DNA of 64,000 nt from Prochlorococcus sp. AG-402-M23 (lineage in GTDB: Bacteria > Cyanobacteriota > Cyanobacteriia > PCC-6307 > Cyanobiaceae). Made by a program: the position numbers and the translations under genes. The DNA is taken from positions 7,623-71,622 of the forward strand of contig QCIR01000003.1 in assembly GCA_003216575.1 (NCBI GenBank). The letters are read 5' to 3'. Below the pieces are notes generated by a model, which had not been told where the DNA came from, ran no database searches, and saw only the letters and a list, made by a program, of their open reading frames with translations. Of this stretch, positions 41,039 through 51,543 are shown piece by piece (position 1 is the stretch's first letter; each line of letters starts with the position of its first letter).

Positions 41039-42198
41039 TTGTCTAATCTAGATAAAAGCTCGTTGATTTCTTTTTTTGTAATAGTTAGAGGAGGGACTAT
41101 CCTTAATACTTTTTTACCAGCTGATACTAGAAGTAGTTTTTCCCCTAACGCAGATTTGACAATATCAAGAGATGTTATTTTAATATTGTCTTTTATTACG
41201 AGACCCTGCATAAGACCAACGCCTCTAGTGGAAATGAATATATCTGTATATTTTTCTGAAAGTTTAATCAATCCTTCTTTTAATTGATTACCTCTCTCGA
41301 TGACTTTATTTAGAAGGTCTCTTTTTTGTATTTCTTTCCCAACGGTTAGAGCTGCTCTACAAGCGAAAGGATTTCCTCCAAAAGTGCTGGCATGATCACC
41401 GGGATCAAATACATCAGCAAGTTGATTAGCTAATACAGCTCCAATAGCATGACCTCCACCAAGGCCTTTGGCTAGTGTGAAAACATCTGGTTCAATACCC
41501 AGTTGTTCATATCCCCAAAGAGTACCTGTCCTTCCCATTCCAGTTTGGACTTCGTCAAATATCAATAAAACATTGCTATGGGTACATTTTTTTCTTAAGA
41601 GTTCAAAAAATGACTTTTCCCCAATATTTATGCCTCCCTCACCTTGTATAGGTTCAATAAAAACAGCTGCAATTTTTGGACCTGTTTTTTCTAAATCATC
41701 AAATAGATTTTCAAAAGATTCACTGTTGTTATAAGAAAAAAACTTAAATCCCTGAACCATTGGCTCGAAGCCTTTGTGATATTTCGGTTGCCCTGTAGCA
41801 CTCACAGCTGCAAGAGTTCTTCCATGAAAGCTTTCTTTTGAGCAAAGAATGACTGGATTGTCGATGTTACGTTCAATATGCCCATATTTTCTTGCCAATT
41901 TAATTGCAGCTTCGTTTGCTTCAGCACCGCTATTGCAGAAAAATACACTCTTCGCAAAACTTTGTGAAGTTAGCCATTGAGCTAGTTCTTCTTGCTCTGG
42001 TATCCCGTAAAGATTAGATACATGTTGAAGTTTCCTTAATTGTTGTGATAAGGATTTGATTAATGCTTTATCACTGTGGCCTAGTGAACAAGTTGCAATC
42101 CCAGCTACAGCATCAAGATATTTTCGCCCATTTTTGTCCCACACCCATGAACCTTTACCCTTGATCAGGTCTAAGGGAAAACGATTATAAGTTTTCAT
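41017..42198 (-). CDS. argD: Acetylornithine aminotransferase
   Basis: TYNRFP, NSGAEANEAAIK, SFHGRT, EPIQGEGG, DEVQTGMGRTG, AKGLGGG. ATG at 42198; the track's longer ORF runs into tRNA-Leu. Confidence 0.93.
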   Translation of the reverse strand: MKTYNRFPLDLIKGKGSWVWDKNGRKYLDAVAGIATCSLGHSDKALIKSLSQQLRKLQHVSNLYGIPEQEELAQWLTSQSFAKSVFFCNSGAEANEAAIKLARKYGHIERNIDNPVILCSKESFHGRTLAAVSATGQPKYHKGFEPMVQGFKFFSYNNSESFENLFDDLEKTGPKIAAVFIEPIQGEGGINIGEKSFFELLRKKCTHSNVLLIFDEVQTGMGRTGTLWGYEQLGIEPDVFTLAKGLGGGHAIGAVLANQLADVFDPGDHASTFGGNPFACRAALTVGKEIQKRDLLNKVIERGNQLKEGLIKLSEKYTDIFISTRGVGLMQGLVIKDNIKITSLDIVKSALGEKLLLVSAGKKVLRIVPPLTITKKEINELLSRLDKCLMKLS

Positions 42199-42206
42199 TA
42201 ATGAAG

Positions 42207-42288
42207 TGGGAGCGGTCGGACTTGAACCGACAAACCCGAAGGTGCCGCATTTTGAGTGCGGTGCGTCTACCAATTCCACCACGCTCCC
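42207..42288 (-). tRNA. tRNA-Leu (CAA)
   Basis: Minus strand reads GGGAGCG...CCGCA-CT CAA AA-TGCGG, long variable arm, GGTTCAAGTCC, CGCTCCC-A. Confidence 0.96.
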
Positions 42289-42327
42289 ATGATTTTATTT
42301 TATGTCAAAACTAGCAAAAAAATGAAA

Positions 42328-43704
42328 TTAAGCTGCTTTTTTTTGAGTATTAATATTGTCTTCACTTATCGTTTTGTTTGGGAAGGAGCTACGAGATCTT
42401 GTGTGATCAAATTCTCTAGAAATAATAGAACCAGCATTAGTTAATTTTTCTTCTAATTTTTCATACCCTCTATCTAAGTGTTCAAGACCAGTGAAAATAC
42501 TATTTCCTTTTGCAGAGAGACATGCAAGGATAATGGCAGCAGAAGAACGTAAATCTCCTCCTGCTACATGCGAGCCAATAAGTTCTTTAACTCCTTTGAT
42601 ATGTGCAGTATCTTTTTCTAGATAAATACATGCACCCATTTTATTTAGCTCAAAAACATGTTGCATCCTTTTCTCAAAAACCTTTTCTTTGATCTTGCTT
42701 GAACCTTTCGCCGTTGCCATCAATGACATAAATGGCGCTTGAAGATCAGTTGGGAAGCCAGGGAATGGACTTGTAGTTATATCAACTCCAGAAATGTCTC
42801 TTGGAGTGATTTTTAAATGATGATTCCCATGGTGAGATATTGAACAGCCACATTCTTGTAGTTTTGAAATAACAGCGCTTAAATGATTTGGGATTAGTGG
42901 ACCCACAATGATCGGAGATCGTGTTATGGCTGCCGCAATAAGAAAAGTACCTGCTTCTATTCTATCTGGGATAACAGAATGAGAAGTGCCTTTTAAGGCT
43001 TCAACTCCAATGATTTTTATTTTTTTTGTACCAGCTCCATAAACCTTTGCTCCCATTGAATTAAGCATTTTTGCAAGATCCTGGATTTCAGGCTCTCTAG
43101 CAGCATTCGATATTGTTGTTTTGCCTAAAGCTAAGCAAGAAGCCATCAAGATTGTTTCCGTAGCCCCAACACTTGGATATTTAAGAGTAATGTTTGTGCC
43201 TCGTAACCTTTTGTTTTTGGTTAGAACTTGAGCTTTAACAACATCCTTATTTATTTCCACCTCTGCTCCTAAAGCTTTTAGCCCATTAATGTGTTCATCA
43301 ATAGGTCTTGCTCCAATATTGCAACCACCTGGTAAAGGAATTTTTGCTTCTCCAAGCCTTGTAAGTAAGGGCCCTATACAAAAGAAGCTGGCCCTCAAGC
43401 TATGAACAAGTTTATAAGGTAACTCAGCATTATGGATTGATGTTGAGTTGATTTCTATAGAATTACTTCTTTTCGCTACCTTTGCGCCCAAATTTAGGAG
43501 AATCTCAGACATCACTTCAATGTCCGTAAGTTGTGGGACATTTTTAATGAGGAGTGTTTCTTTTGTCAGAAGAGCTGCAGCCATTAAAACTAGCGCTGAA
43601 TTCTTTGCTCCACTAACTTTTAAAACCCCACTAAGCGGATGCCCTCCTTTTACCTCCAGGTGTGGCGGAATAAATTCCCTTTTAATTGTCGCCACACTAC
43701 TCAT
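42328..43704 (-). CDS. murA: UDP-N-acetylglucosamine 1-carboxyvinyltransferase
   Basis: [49 protein letters not shown]. Confidence 0.97.
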   Translation of the reverse strand: MSSVATIKREFIPPHLEVKGGHPLSGVLKVSGAKNSALVLMAAALLTKETLLIKNVPQLTDIEVMSEILLNLGAKVAKRSNSIEINSTSIHNAELPYKLVHSLRASFFCIGPLLTRLGEAKIPLPGGCNIGARPIDEHINGLKALGAEVEINKDVVKAQVLTKNKRLRGTNITLKYPSVGATETILMASCLALGKTTISNAAREPEIQDLAKMLNSMGAKVYGAGTKKIKIIGVEALKGTSHSVIPDRIEAGTFLIAAAITRSPIIVGPLIPNHLSAVISKLQECGCSISHHGNHHLKITPRDISGVDITTSPFPGFPTDLQAPFMSLMATAKGSSKIKEKVFEKRMQHVFELNKMGACIYLEKDTAHIKGVKELIGSHVAGGDLRSSAAIILACLSAKGNSIFTGLEHLDRGYEKLEEKLTNAGSIISREFDHTRSRSSFPNKTISEDNINTQKKAA

Positions 43705-43946
43705 ATTGGAGCGAACTGCTTACCAAGCCATAATGCCAAGTGGATTTAAAATAGTCCAGTCAACCTTAGTGAAAATTGATGGGTTCAAATTAAATATTGA
43801 TAACATTGAAAGTTTGAGTAAAAATTTTAATATAGTTTCAATTGAATTTAATAAGAAAATCAGTGATTCTTTTAAGGAAAGAAACTTTTTTGAGTTTCAA
43901 AAATTAAATAATTTGAGGTCGGAAAATTAATAATTCTTCTTCGCCA

Positions 43947-44774
43947 TTGATTACAAGTAAAAGGAACCCTTTGGTTAGAAAATTAAGGTCTCTTTTGAAA
44001 AAAACTGGACGTGAAGAGTACTCCTCTCTTTTGCTTGAGGGCTCTCATTTGTTAGAAGAGGCTCTGAAAACAAATTGTTTGCCAATAGAAATTATTGCGA
44101 CTCCCGAATGGTGTGATGATCATCAGGAGATCTTAAAAAAAATAGCTTCCAGATCTTTATTAACCCTGGTAACCCAAAAAGTTTTAGAAGCATGTTTGTC
44201 AACTGTGACACCGGATGGTGTCGCAGCGATATTTCCAATTCAAGGGTTACCAAAATTGGGAAAAGCCCCAAAACACATTTTAGCTTTAGATAGGATTCAA
44301 GATCCTGGTAATTTGGGAAATCTATTCCGCTCATCCCTTGCTGCTGAATATGAAGTTATTTGGTTGGCTTCTGGAGCAGATCCCCTAAATCAAAAGGTTT
44401 TAAGATCCTCAGCTGGCTCAGTTCTTCATTTGCCTTTTGAACGGATTGGAGATTCATCTTCTTCAAGTATTGAAATGCTTGTTTCAAAACTCAATATTGC
44501 AATTGATAATAATTACCAAGTAGTAGGAACAATTTCACCTAATAAAATTACCGAAAAGAAACTGAAACCTTATTGGGAATTAGACTGGGATCTCCCTACT
44601 GTATTGGTTCTTGGCAATGAAGGCTCTGGCGTTCATTCCTCAATTGAAGCCTGTTGCACAGACTTCGTTACGTTGCCTCATAGCTCATTAGTTGATTCAC
44701 TAAATGTGGCATCTGCTGCAGTTCCTCTCTTGTTGGAGCGACAAAGAGTAAAAATGGTTAAGGGTATCCAATGA
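43947..44774 (+). CDS. TrmH/SpoU-family RNA methyltransferase
   Basis: LDRIQDPGNLG..R, LGNEGSG, SLNVAS. Confidence 0.92.
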   Translation: MITSKRNPLVRKLRSLLKKTGREEYSSLLLEGSHLLEEALKTNCLPIEIIATPEWCDDHQEILKKIASRSLLTLVTQKVLEACLSTVTPDGVAAIFPIQGLPKLGKAPKHILALDRIQDPGNLGNLFRSSLAAEYEVIWLASGADPLNQKVLRSSAGSVLHLPFERIGDSSSSSIEMLVSKLNIAIDNNYQVVGTISPNKITEKKLKPYWELDWDLPTVLVLGNEGSGVHSSIEACCTDFVTLPHSSLVDSLNVASAAVPLLLERQRVKMVKGIQ

Positions 44775-46222
44775 AAACCGTGAGTGAAATTTCTTTTGAC
44801 TTTGATTTAATTATTGTCGGAGCTGGATATGGAGGTTTTGATGCAGCTAAGCATGCAGCAGAGGCTGGCTTGAAAGTGGCGATTATCGAATCAAGAGATA
44901 TGGGGGGAACCTGTGTCAACAGAGGCTGTGTCCCCTCTAAAGCATTACTAGCAGCAAGTGGTAAAGTTCGTGAGCTTGCGAATGTTCCTCATCTTGCTGA
45001 ATTTGGGATACATTCCGCTCCGGTTAGATTTGAACGTAAAAAAATTGCCGAACATGCAAAAAACTTAGTTGAGACAATTCGAAAAAATCTAACTAAAACA
45101 TTGGAAAGATCGGGAGTTGAGATTCTTAGAGGAGAAGGACGTTTAGAAGGCCGTCAAAAGGTCGGGTTAAGAGAAACTAATGGAGTCGATAGAATTTTTT
45201 CCGCTAGAGATATTATCTTGGCTACAGGCTCAGACCCTTTTGTCCCGCCTGGAATTCAAATTGATGGACGAACTGTTTTTACAAGTGATGAGGCTATTAA
45301 TTTAGAATGGTTGCCAAGATGGATTGCAATAATTGGTAGTGGCTATATTGGTTTGGAATTCGCCGATATTTATACAGCTTTAGGTTGTGAGGTAACAATG
45401 ATTGAGGCTCTTAATAAAGTAATGCCTACTTTTGATCCTGATATTACGAAAATTGCTTCAAGAAACCTAATTGATAAAAGAGATATTGAAACGCGTGCTG
45501 GAGTGTTCGCTACTAAAGTTAAGCCAGGTTCTCCAGTCGAGGTTGAGCTTACAGATGCAAAAAGTCGAGAAGTGATTGAGGAGTTACAAGTTGACGCCGT
45601 TTTAGTTGCAACAGGCCGAGTGCCGTCGACTAAAAATCTAAATCTACAATCCGTTGGGGTTGAAACAACTAGAGGCTTTATTCCAATTGATGATCAGATG
45701 AGAGTATTGATAAATGAAAAGCCAGTTTCTAATCTATGGGCAGTTGGAGACGTTACGGGCAAGTTGATGTTGGCCCATACTGCTGCTGCTCAAGGGAGTA
45801 TTGCTGTAGAAAATATTTTAGGAAAAGGAATAGAAATTGACTACAGAAGTATTCCTGCAGCAACTTTTACTCATCCTGAGATAAGTTCCGTTGGACTTTC
45901 GGAAGAAGAAGCAAAAGATTTAGCGAAAAATGAAGACTTTGAACTTGGAATTGTTAGAAGTTATTTCAAAGCAAATTCTAAGGCATTGGCTGAATTAGAA
46001 AGTGATGGAATTATGAAGTTGATTTTTAATAAAGAGACGGGGGAAGTCCTTGGTGCTCATATTTATGGATTACATGCGGCTGATTTGATACAAGAGGTTT
46101 CTAATGCAATTTCTAGAAGACAACGAGTCAATGACTTAGCAAAAGAAGTTCATACTCATCCAACATTAAGCGAAGTTGTAGAGGTTGCCTATAAACAGGC
46201 ATCTCTTCAATTAAGGAAATAG
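44771..46222 (+). CDS. lpdA: Dihydrolipoamide dehydrogenase
   Basis: GAGYGG, GGTCVNRGCVPSK, GSGYIGLE, MLAHTA, HPTLSE. Confidence 0.96.
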   Translation: MKTVSEISFDFDLIIVGAGYGGFDAAKHAAEAGLKVAIIESRDMGGTCVNRGCVPSKALLAASGKVRELANVPHLAEFGIHSAPVRFERKKIAEHAKNLVETIRKNLTKTLERSGVEILRGEGRLEGRQKVGLRETNGVDRIFSARDIILATGSDPFVPPGIQIDGRTVFTSDEAINLEWLPRWIAIIGSGYIGLEFADIYTALGCEVTMIEALNKVMPTFDPDITKIASRNLIDKRDIETRAGVFATKVKPGSPVEVELTDAKSREVIEELQVDAVLVATGRVPSTKNLNLQSVGVETTRGFIPIDDQMRVLINEKPVSNLWAVGDVTGKLMLAHTAAAQGSIAVENILGKGIEIDYRSIPAATFTHPEISSVGLSEEEAKDLAKNEDFELGIVRSYFKANSKALAELESDGIMKLIFNKETGEVLGAHIYGLHAADLIQEVSNAISRRQRVNDLAKEVHTHPTLSEVVEVAYKQASLQLRK

Positions 46223-46258
46223 TTAAATCTATTTTATTTATTATTAATCATTTTAATT

Positions 46259-47149
46259 ATGGAAATCAGAAGGCGGCCTCCTAATCCAAGTGTTAAAGTT
46301 GCTAACTTAGAGTATGCAATACCTCATCCAGATTCAAAACCTAATAATATTTTGGAAGAGATTGTTTGGGAAAAAGATATAGAAGTTGAGGTTGCACGTA
46401 AAAAAGTTTCACTTGAGGATTTAAAAAAAAAGATTAAGGATTTGCCAAAAACAAAAGACTTTGTAGAAGCTTTAAAAAATAGTAAATCGAAACCAGCACT
46501 GATTTCAGAAATAAAAAAAGCTAGTCCGAGTAGAGGAGTGATTAGAGAGGACTTTGACGCGAGAATAATAGCTAAAATGTATCAAGAGGGAGGTGCTAAC
46601 TGTATATCAGTTTTAACAGATAAAAAATTTTTTCAAGGTGGTTTTGATGTCTTAGTTGAAGTGAGAAAGGAAGTCCAAATTCCAATCCTGTGCAAGGATT
46701 TTATTCTTTATCCCTATCAGCTTTTCCAAGCAAGAGCTGCGGGCGCAGATGCTGCACTATTGATAGCTGCAATACTCACTGATTCTGATTTAAAATATTT
46801 ATCTAAGGTCGCTGAAAATTTGGGACTTACAATATTAGTAGAGGTTCATGATTCGGAAGAGCTTGAACGAGTACTCAATATTGATGTATTTAATTTAATA
46901 GGTATTAATAATAGAAATTTAAAGAGTTTCATAACTGATCTTGAAGTTACAAAGGAATTGGCTAAGAATTATGCAACCCAAATCAAGGAAAAATCTATTA
47001 CTTTGGTAAGCGAGTCAGGTTTATTTACTCGTGAGGATTTAGCTTTAGCAAAGAGTTATGGTGCTGATGCTGTTTTGGTTGGTGAATCTCTTATGTCACA
47101 GAAAGATATATTAGGTGGAGTTAAAAAGTTAATTGCTAACTTAAATTAA
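46259..47149 (+). CDS. trpC: Indole-3-glycerol phosphate synthase
   Basis: [38 protein letters not shown]. Confidence 0.96.
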   Translation: MEIRRRPPNPSVKVANLEYAIPHPDSKPNNILEEIVWEKDIEVEVARKKVSLEDLKKKIKDLPKTKDFVEALKNSKSKPALISEIKKASPSRGVIREDFDARIIAKMYQEGGANCISVLTDKKFFQGGFDVLVEVRKEVQIPILCKDFILYPYQLFQARAAGADAALLIAAILTDSDLKYLSKVAENLGLTILVEVHDSEELERVLNIDVFNLIGINNRNLKSFITDLEVTKELAKNYATQIKEKSITLVSESGLFTREDLALAKSYGADAVLVGESLMSQKDILGGVKKLIANLN

Positions 47150-47177
47150 GGAAAAGTTCTATCCCAATCTAATAACT

Positions 47178-47555
47178 CTACTTAGAGAAAATTTTGTCTA
47201 CTTTACCAATGATTAAATCGAATTCAATTAAACCCCAGTCTCGACTATCAGTGCTTGATAAGAAGTTGTCTCCCCTTAAATCAAATTTATTTTGATAAAT
47301 CCTATGAATTCGTTTAATTATTAACTTATTTTTTGTTTTTGGATGAGAGGCAACGACGATATCGCCAATCTCTAAGTCAATATTTTTTTGATTTAATTTT
47401 TTATATGTTATCAAATCTCCCTCTTTAAGAGTTCCCTCCATAGAATTACCAACAACACGTAAATGTTGTCGGTAACCGATTATTAATGTCAATAAAGTAA
47501 ATAAGTCTGGCTTTTGGAAAAGACCTTTATCAGCTTGCGGTAACCCAGCTATCAC
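47178..47555 (-). CDS. sodX: Nickel-SOD maturation protease (S26 family)
   Basis: VVGNSM (Ser), IIKRI (Lys), GDN...STDSRDWG; overlaps the 3' end of sodN. Confidence 0.9.
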   Translation of the reverse strand: MIAGLPQADKGLFQKPDLFTLLTLIIGYRQHLRVVGNSMEGTLKEGDLITYKKLNQKNIDLEIGDIVVASHPKTKNKLIIKRIHRIYQNKFDLRGDNFLSSTDSRDWGLIEFDLIIGKVDKIFSK

Positions 47556-48000
47556 TTCTACCTTTTGAAGACCAAAACATAGAGTGAATTTTTTGCACAG
47601 CTGCTAATAATTCTTCTGCTTTGGTTTGATCAATACTTACTTTGCATGCACTACAAAGCTTTGCTGCTTTCCAAAAGGTTTCATGAAGATCTGGATATGT
47701 AGCTAAGTGTTCAGGCTTAAAATAATCAGTCCAGAGAATTAGAAGTTCTTTTTTGGTCTTTTGTGATTCTTCTTCTTTAATCGCAACGAAGCGAGAAAAA
47801 GTATTGTTATAGGCTGAAATGGAAGCTTGATCGTTGCCAGCTGGAGCTAGGGTAATAAGTTTTTTTGTCATAGACAATACTGCTTCTGCGGCAATTCTCG
47901 CAGAAGCAGGATCGTATACACCGCATGGTCCATCACAGTGAGCGTGAACTGATCTTGCTGGTAGCTTGTTAAAGATTGATGTAAGTGTTTCGCTCAACAT
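47530..48000 (-). CDS. sodN: Nickel superoxide dismutase precursor
   Basis: Ni-hook HCDGPCGVYDP after a propeptide, LWTDYFK; ATG at 48000. Confidence 0.97.
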   Translation of the reverse strand: MLSETLTSIFNKLPARSVHAHCDGPCGVYDPASARIAAEAVLSMTKKLITLAPAGNDQASISAYNNTFSRFVAIKEEESQKTKKELLILWTDYFKPEHLATYPDLHETFWKAAKLCSACKVSIDQTKAEELLAAVQKIHSMFWSSKGRSDSWVTAS

Positions 48001-48036
48001 CTGAAAATAATTTGAGAACAATTTTTTTTTACAATA

Positions 48037-48060
48037 ATGGCGTTTGTCAACAAACGCCAT
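48037..48060. promoter_or_regulatory. Perfect 11-bp inverted repeat upstream of sodN
   Basis: ATGGCGTTTGT-ca-ACAAACGCCAT; function unresolved (operator, hairpin or terminator). Confidence 0.55.
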
Positions 48061-48096
48061 AATTTTTTTTAGAGACTTTTGAATAATTTAAGAAAT

Positions 48097-48717
48097 TTAC
48101 TTAACACTCAATAATTCCACTTCAAAAGTTAAAACCGAATTAGGGGGAATAGGACCTATTCCTCTGCTGCCATACCCTAATTCTGGAGGGATGACTAATT
48201 TTCTTTTTCCTCCAACTTTCATTCCTGCGACTCCCTCATCCCAACCCTTTATAACCATCCCTGCACCTAATGAAAATTCAAAAGGACCTCTTCCATAACT
48301 GCTGTCAAATTCTTTACCATCATCAAGAGTACCCCTATAATTTACGGAAACACTCGTTCCTGGAGTGGCTTCTTGACCATCACCTAAAACTAATTCAGTG
48401 ATTTTTAGCCCACTTGAAGTTAGTTGAGATGCTCCTATCTCAGCCCCTCCGAGAGGAGAGTTGCTTGAATTTGTTTTATCTGAAGCCATAGTAAAAAGTG
48501 ATGGATTAGGGTCTTCTGGGTCTAATTCAAATGGATTAGTTATAGTCCCGTTGGTTTTTGTGGATTGCCTTACATCCGCTTGGATTGGCTGGTCAATTTG
48601 CAACGCATTAGTTGGAGTTGGTGAGATGATTTGGCTGATCACTGCAATCATCAAGCAGCTAAGGCAAACAGAAAAGCTAATTAAGATTTCTCTCACAGCA
48701 ATGTTAAGTAGTCGCAA
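48097..48717 (-). CDS. FKBP-type peptidyl-prolyl isomerase
   Basis: [34 protein letters not shown]; signal-like N-terminus. Start may be GTG at 48696. Confidence 0.94.
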   Translation of the reverse strand: MRLLNIAVREILISFSVCLSCLMIAVISQIISPTPTNALQIDQPIQADVRQSTKTNGTITNPFELDPEDPNPSLFTMASDKTNSSNSPLGGAEIGASQLTSSGLKITELVLGDGQEATPGTSVSVNYRGTLDDGKEFDSSYGRGPFEFSLGAGMVIKGWDEGVAGMKVGGKRKLVIPPELGYGSRGIGPIPPNSVLTFEVELLSVK

Positions 48718-48815
48718 ATATTCTTACAGACTAATACCCAAATTACATCTATTTAAAAGATAACTAACCAGAGAGTATGAAATTTGTAGTTGTATATTTT
48801 ATCTAAATTAGACTT

Positions 48816-50288
48816 ATGAATCATATCTATTCTCTTTTTTTTAAAGCTTTTGCTGGCGGAGCTCTAGCAGGAATCTCCCTTAGTGAAGGCAATTATATAT
48901 GCATGCTTTTGGGAATATCTTTTCTTTGGCCCGCTAGTAAGAATCCATGGGGAGGATTTTGTTGGGGTGCGATGGCTATTTTATGGAGTCATAACTGGCT
49001 GCTATCTTTGCATCCAATTAGTTGGGTAGGGATAAAATCAAATTTAAGCCTACCTATTACCATTTTTATATGGCTTTTTTGTGGAGCCTTTGGAGGGGCG
49101 CTGGTTTTTATTTGGTCAGCTTTGAGTGGCTTTTTGACTCCTGTAAGACTACGGTTCCCTAAATCAGAAAATAAGTTTATTTATGCCGTTTTATTATCAA
49201 CAATATGGGGCCTAACTGAAGAAATACTTTCTAGAGGACCTTTGTTTTGGATGGGTATAGGACCAAGTTTGTTGCCACAAGATAGATATTTGGCTGGATT
49301 GGCAAGATGGATAGGCTCAGGCGGTTTGGCCTCTATCCATCTTTTAGTTGGATGGTGGATTTGGCAGCTTTCAATTGCTTTTGAAGCTAGAAAAACACTT
49401 AAGAAATTGATCTTTCACGGCGTTGTTTATTTGTTGTTAGCTCATTTAATTGGATTTATTTTGCTGTTGGATTCTCCAACTGATTCGTTAGAAAAGGTTG
49501 CGATGTGGCAAACAAATATTCCAATAAGAAAAAAATTTAGTCAGGAAGAAATAAATGCTTTGCCTTCAAAAGTAAATAGAGCATTAACTGATGCTATTGA
49601 AATGAATGCATCTTTTTTAATTGCTCCAGAGGGGACTTTGCCTCTTGATAGATCAAAGATTCGAGATTTTCCTATTAAATTTCTCTCTGGAGGTTTTAGA
49701 AAAATAAATGGTTCTCTACGAAGTTCACTATTAGTTTTTCATCCAGGTGAGGAGTCTTTTTCGGATGTACTGGATAAATCTAGATTAGTCCCTCTTGGAG
49801 AATGGATTCCAGAATTGCCCAACTTTTTGAAAAATGGGCTTTCTGCCGTAGGTGGAATTGAAAGTGGGAATTCATCAAGATTACTTGATTGGGAGGGGCC
49901 ATCTTTCGCAGGTGCTATTTGTTATGAATTGAGTAATGGTAAAGCCATAGCTAAGGCAGTAAATCAAGGGGCTAAATGGATTTTAGTGATTGCAAATTTA
50001 GATCCCTATCCTATTTCTTTGCAGAGACAATTTTTATCTATTGCTCAATTAAGGAGTATTGAAACATCAAAAAATTTAATAGCTGTCTCGAATACAGGCC
50101 CAACATCTTTGATTAAAAGTAATGGAAGAATTGATACCCTTGTTAAACCAAATAAAGAACTTGTTAAACTCGTTGAGCTGGAATTGAATGGAAAAAAAAC
50201 ATTATATACTTTTATTTCTGATCTACCCTTGATTTCTGTTATGCTTATAAGCTTATTAGGAGTTTTGCGATTACGTAAGTATAGTTAA
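48816..50288 (+). CDS. lnt: Apolipoprotein N-acyltransferase
   Basis: Multiple TM helices, QTNI, PEG, KSRLVPLGE, ICYE, RSIET, NTGP. Confidence 0.9.
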   Translation: MNHIYSLFFKAFAGGALAGISLSEGNYICMLLGISFLWPASKNPWGGFCWGAMAILWSHNWLLSLHPISWVGIKSNLSLPITIFIWLFCGAFGGALVFIWSALSGFLTPVRLRFPKSENKFIYAVLLSTIWGLTEEILSRGPLFWMGIGPSLLPQDRYLAGLARWIGSGGLASIHLLVGWWIWQLSIAFEARKTLKKLIFHGVVYLLLAHLIGFILLLDSPTDSLEKVAMWQTNIPIRKKFSQEEINALPSKVNRALTDAIEMNASFLIAPEGTLPLDRSKIRDFPIKFLSGGFRKINGSLRSSLLVFHPGEESFSDVLDKSRLVPLGEWIPELPNFLKNGLSAVGGIESGNSSRLLDWEGPSFAGAICYELSNGKAIAKAVNQGAKWILVIANLDPYPISLQRQFLSIAQLRSIETSKNLIAVSNTGPTSLIKSNGRIDTLVKPNKELVKLVELELNGKKTLYTFISDLPLISVMLISLLGVLRLRKYS

Positions 50289-50290
50289 AA

Positions 50291-51505
50291 TTAATACTCT
50301 TTCGAAATAATTCCTCCTCCTAATACATAATCACCCTTGTAAAATACTGCTGCTTGACCAGGAGTAATTGAAAATTGATCTTCTTTAAAATGAACATGAC
50401 ATTTGAAACAATAATTTCTTTTATTACTATCAATAATTGGAATTAAACTTGCTTTCACTGCTTTACTTCTATATCTAATTTGGACCTCAACTTCTATTGG
50501 TTTTTGAGGCGCTTCAATTGATACCCAATTTATATCTTTGACAATACATTCTGACTTGCCAGAATCTTCTCTAGGGGCAACAATTACTCTGTTTAAAGAT
50601 GCATCAATTTCAACAACATGTAAAGGAACTTCCCATGAAATACCTAATCCCTTTCGTTGCCCTATCGTGAAATGCTGAATTCCATTATGGGAACCTATAA
50701 CTTTTCCGTTTTTAAGAACAACTTCTCCTTTCTTTTGGGGTAGATACTTATCAATAAATGCATTCATTGATCCGTAATGTTCAGCAAGACAAAGGTCCTG
50801 ACTTTCTGGCTTCTCAGCAGTTTTTAATGAATGCTTAAAAGCTTCGAGTCGTGTTATTTCTTTAGTTAATTCTCCAAGAGGAAAAATTGTTTTTCCTAAA
50901 ATTTCTTGAGGGAGATCATATAAGAAATAGCTTTGATCTTTGTTTAAATCTTTACCTCTTAAAAGTTTATGTCTTCTAATTCCACCATTAGGAAGATCAT
51001 TTTTGTTAAAAGATTCATTTGAGTATCTAATTCTTGCGTAATGCCCGGTAGCGATTTTTTCGATATTCTTATTCTCTTTAACCCATTTCAGCATTTCTGA
51101 GAATTTGACTGATTTATTGCAGCGAGAGCAGGGTAAAGGGGTAATTCCTTCTTCATATCCTTTTATGACGTTATTGATTATTTCTTGTTGAAAGATTTCT
51201 TTTGAATCCACTATGTGATGCTTGATTCCAAGTTGATCACATATCCCTGCAGCATCAATTAATCCATCTGAGCAACAAGAACCTTTCCCTTTCATTAGCC
51301 ACAAAGTTAATCCCACTACATTCCAACCAGCTTCACAGAGAAGAGCAGCCGTTAATGAGCTATCTACGCCTCCGGAAAGTCCCACTACAACCGAGTGATC
51401 CCCAGAAAATGTTTGCAGTCTTTTTAACGTTTTCGCGACTGTTTCTTCTGAAGTCAAATGATTTAAAACTTTTTTTGTTTCTCTTGTTTCCACATTCATG
51501 AGCAT
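50291..51505 (-). CDS. mnmA: tRNA 2-thiouridylase
   Basis: [39 protein letters not shown]. Confidence 0.96.
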   Translation of the reverse strand: MLMNVETRETKKVLNHLTSEETVAKTLKRLQTFSGDHSVVVGLSGGVDSSLTAALLCEAGWNVVGLTLWLMKGKGSCCSDGLIDAAGICDQLGIKHHIVDSKEIFQQEIINNVIKGYEEGITPLPCSRCNKSVKFSEMLKWVKENKNIEKIATGHYARIRYSNESFNKNDLPNGGIRRHKLLRGKDLNKDQSYFLYDLPQEILGKTIFPLGELTKEITRLEAFKHSLKTAEKPESQDLCLAEHYGSMNAFIDKYLPQKKGEVVLKNGKVIGSHNGIQHFTIGQRKGLGISWEVPLHVVEIDASLNRVIVAPREDSGKSECIVKDINWVSIEAPQKPIEVEVQIRYRSKAVKASLIPIIDSNKRNYCFKCHVHFKEDQFSITPGQAAVFYKGDYVLGGGIISKEY

Positions 51506-51543
51506 TAATAGTAGCTTCTATTCATAGTGGGTTTGGTTGCTTT

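Noticed and set aside
42199-42282. N-terminal extension of argD (MVELVDAPHSKCG...)
   Set aside because: It is a translation of the tRNA-Leu sequence.
48001-48060. 20-aa extension of sodN
   Set aside because: Its ATG lies within the palindrome and the sequence crosses an A-run; ATG 48000 gives a typical propeptide.
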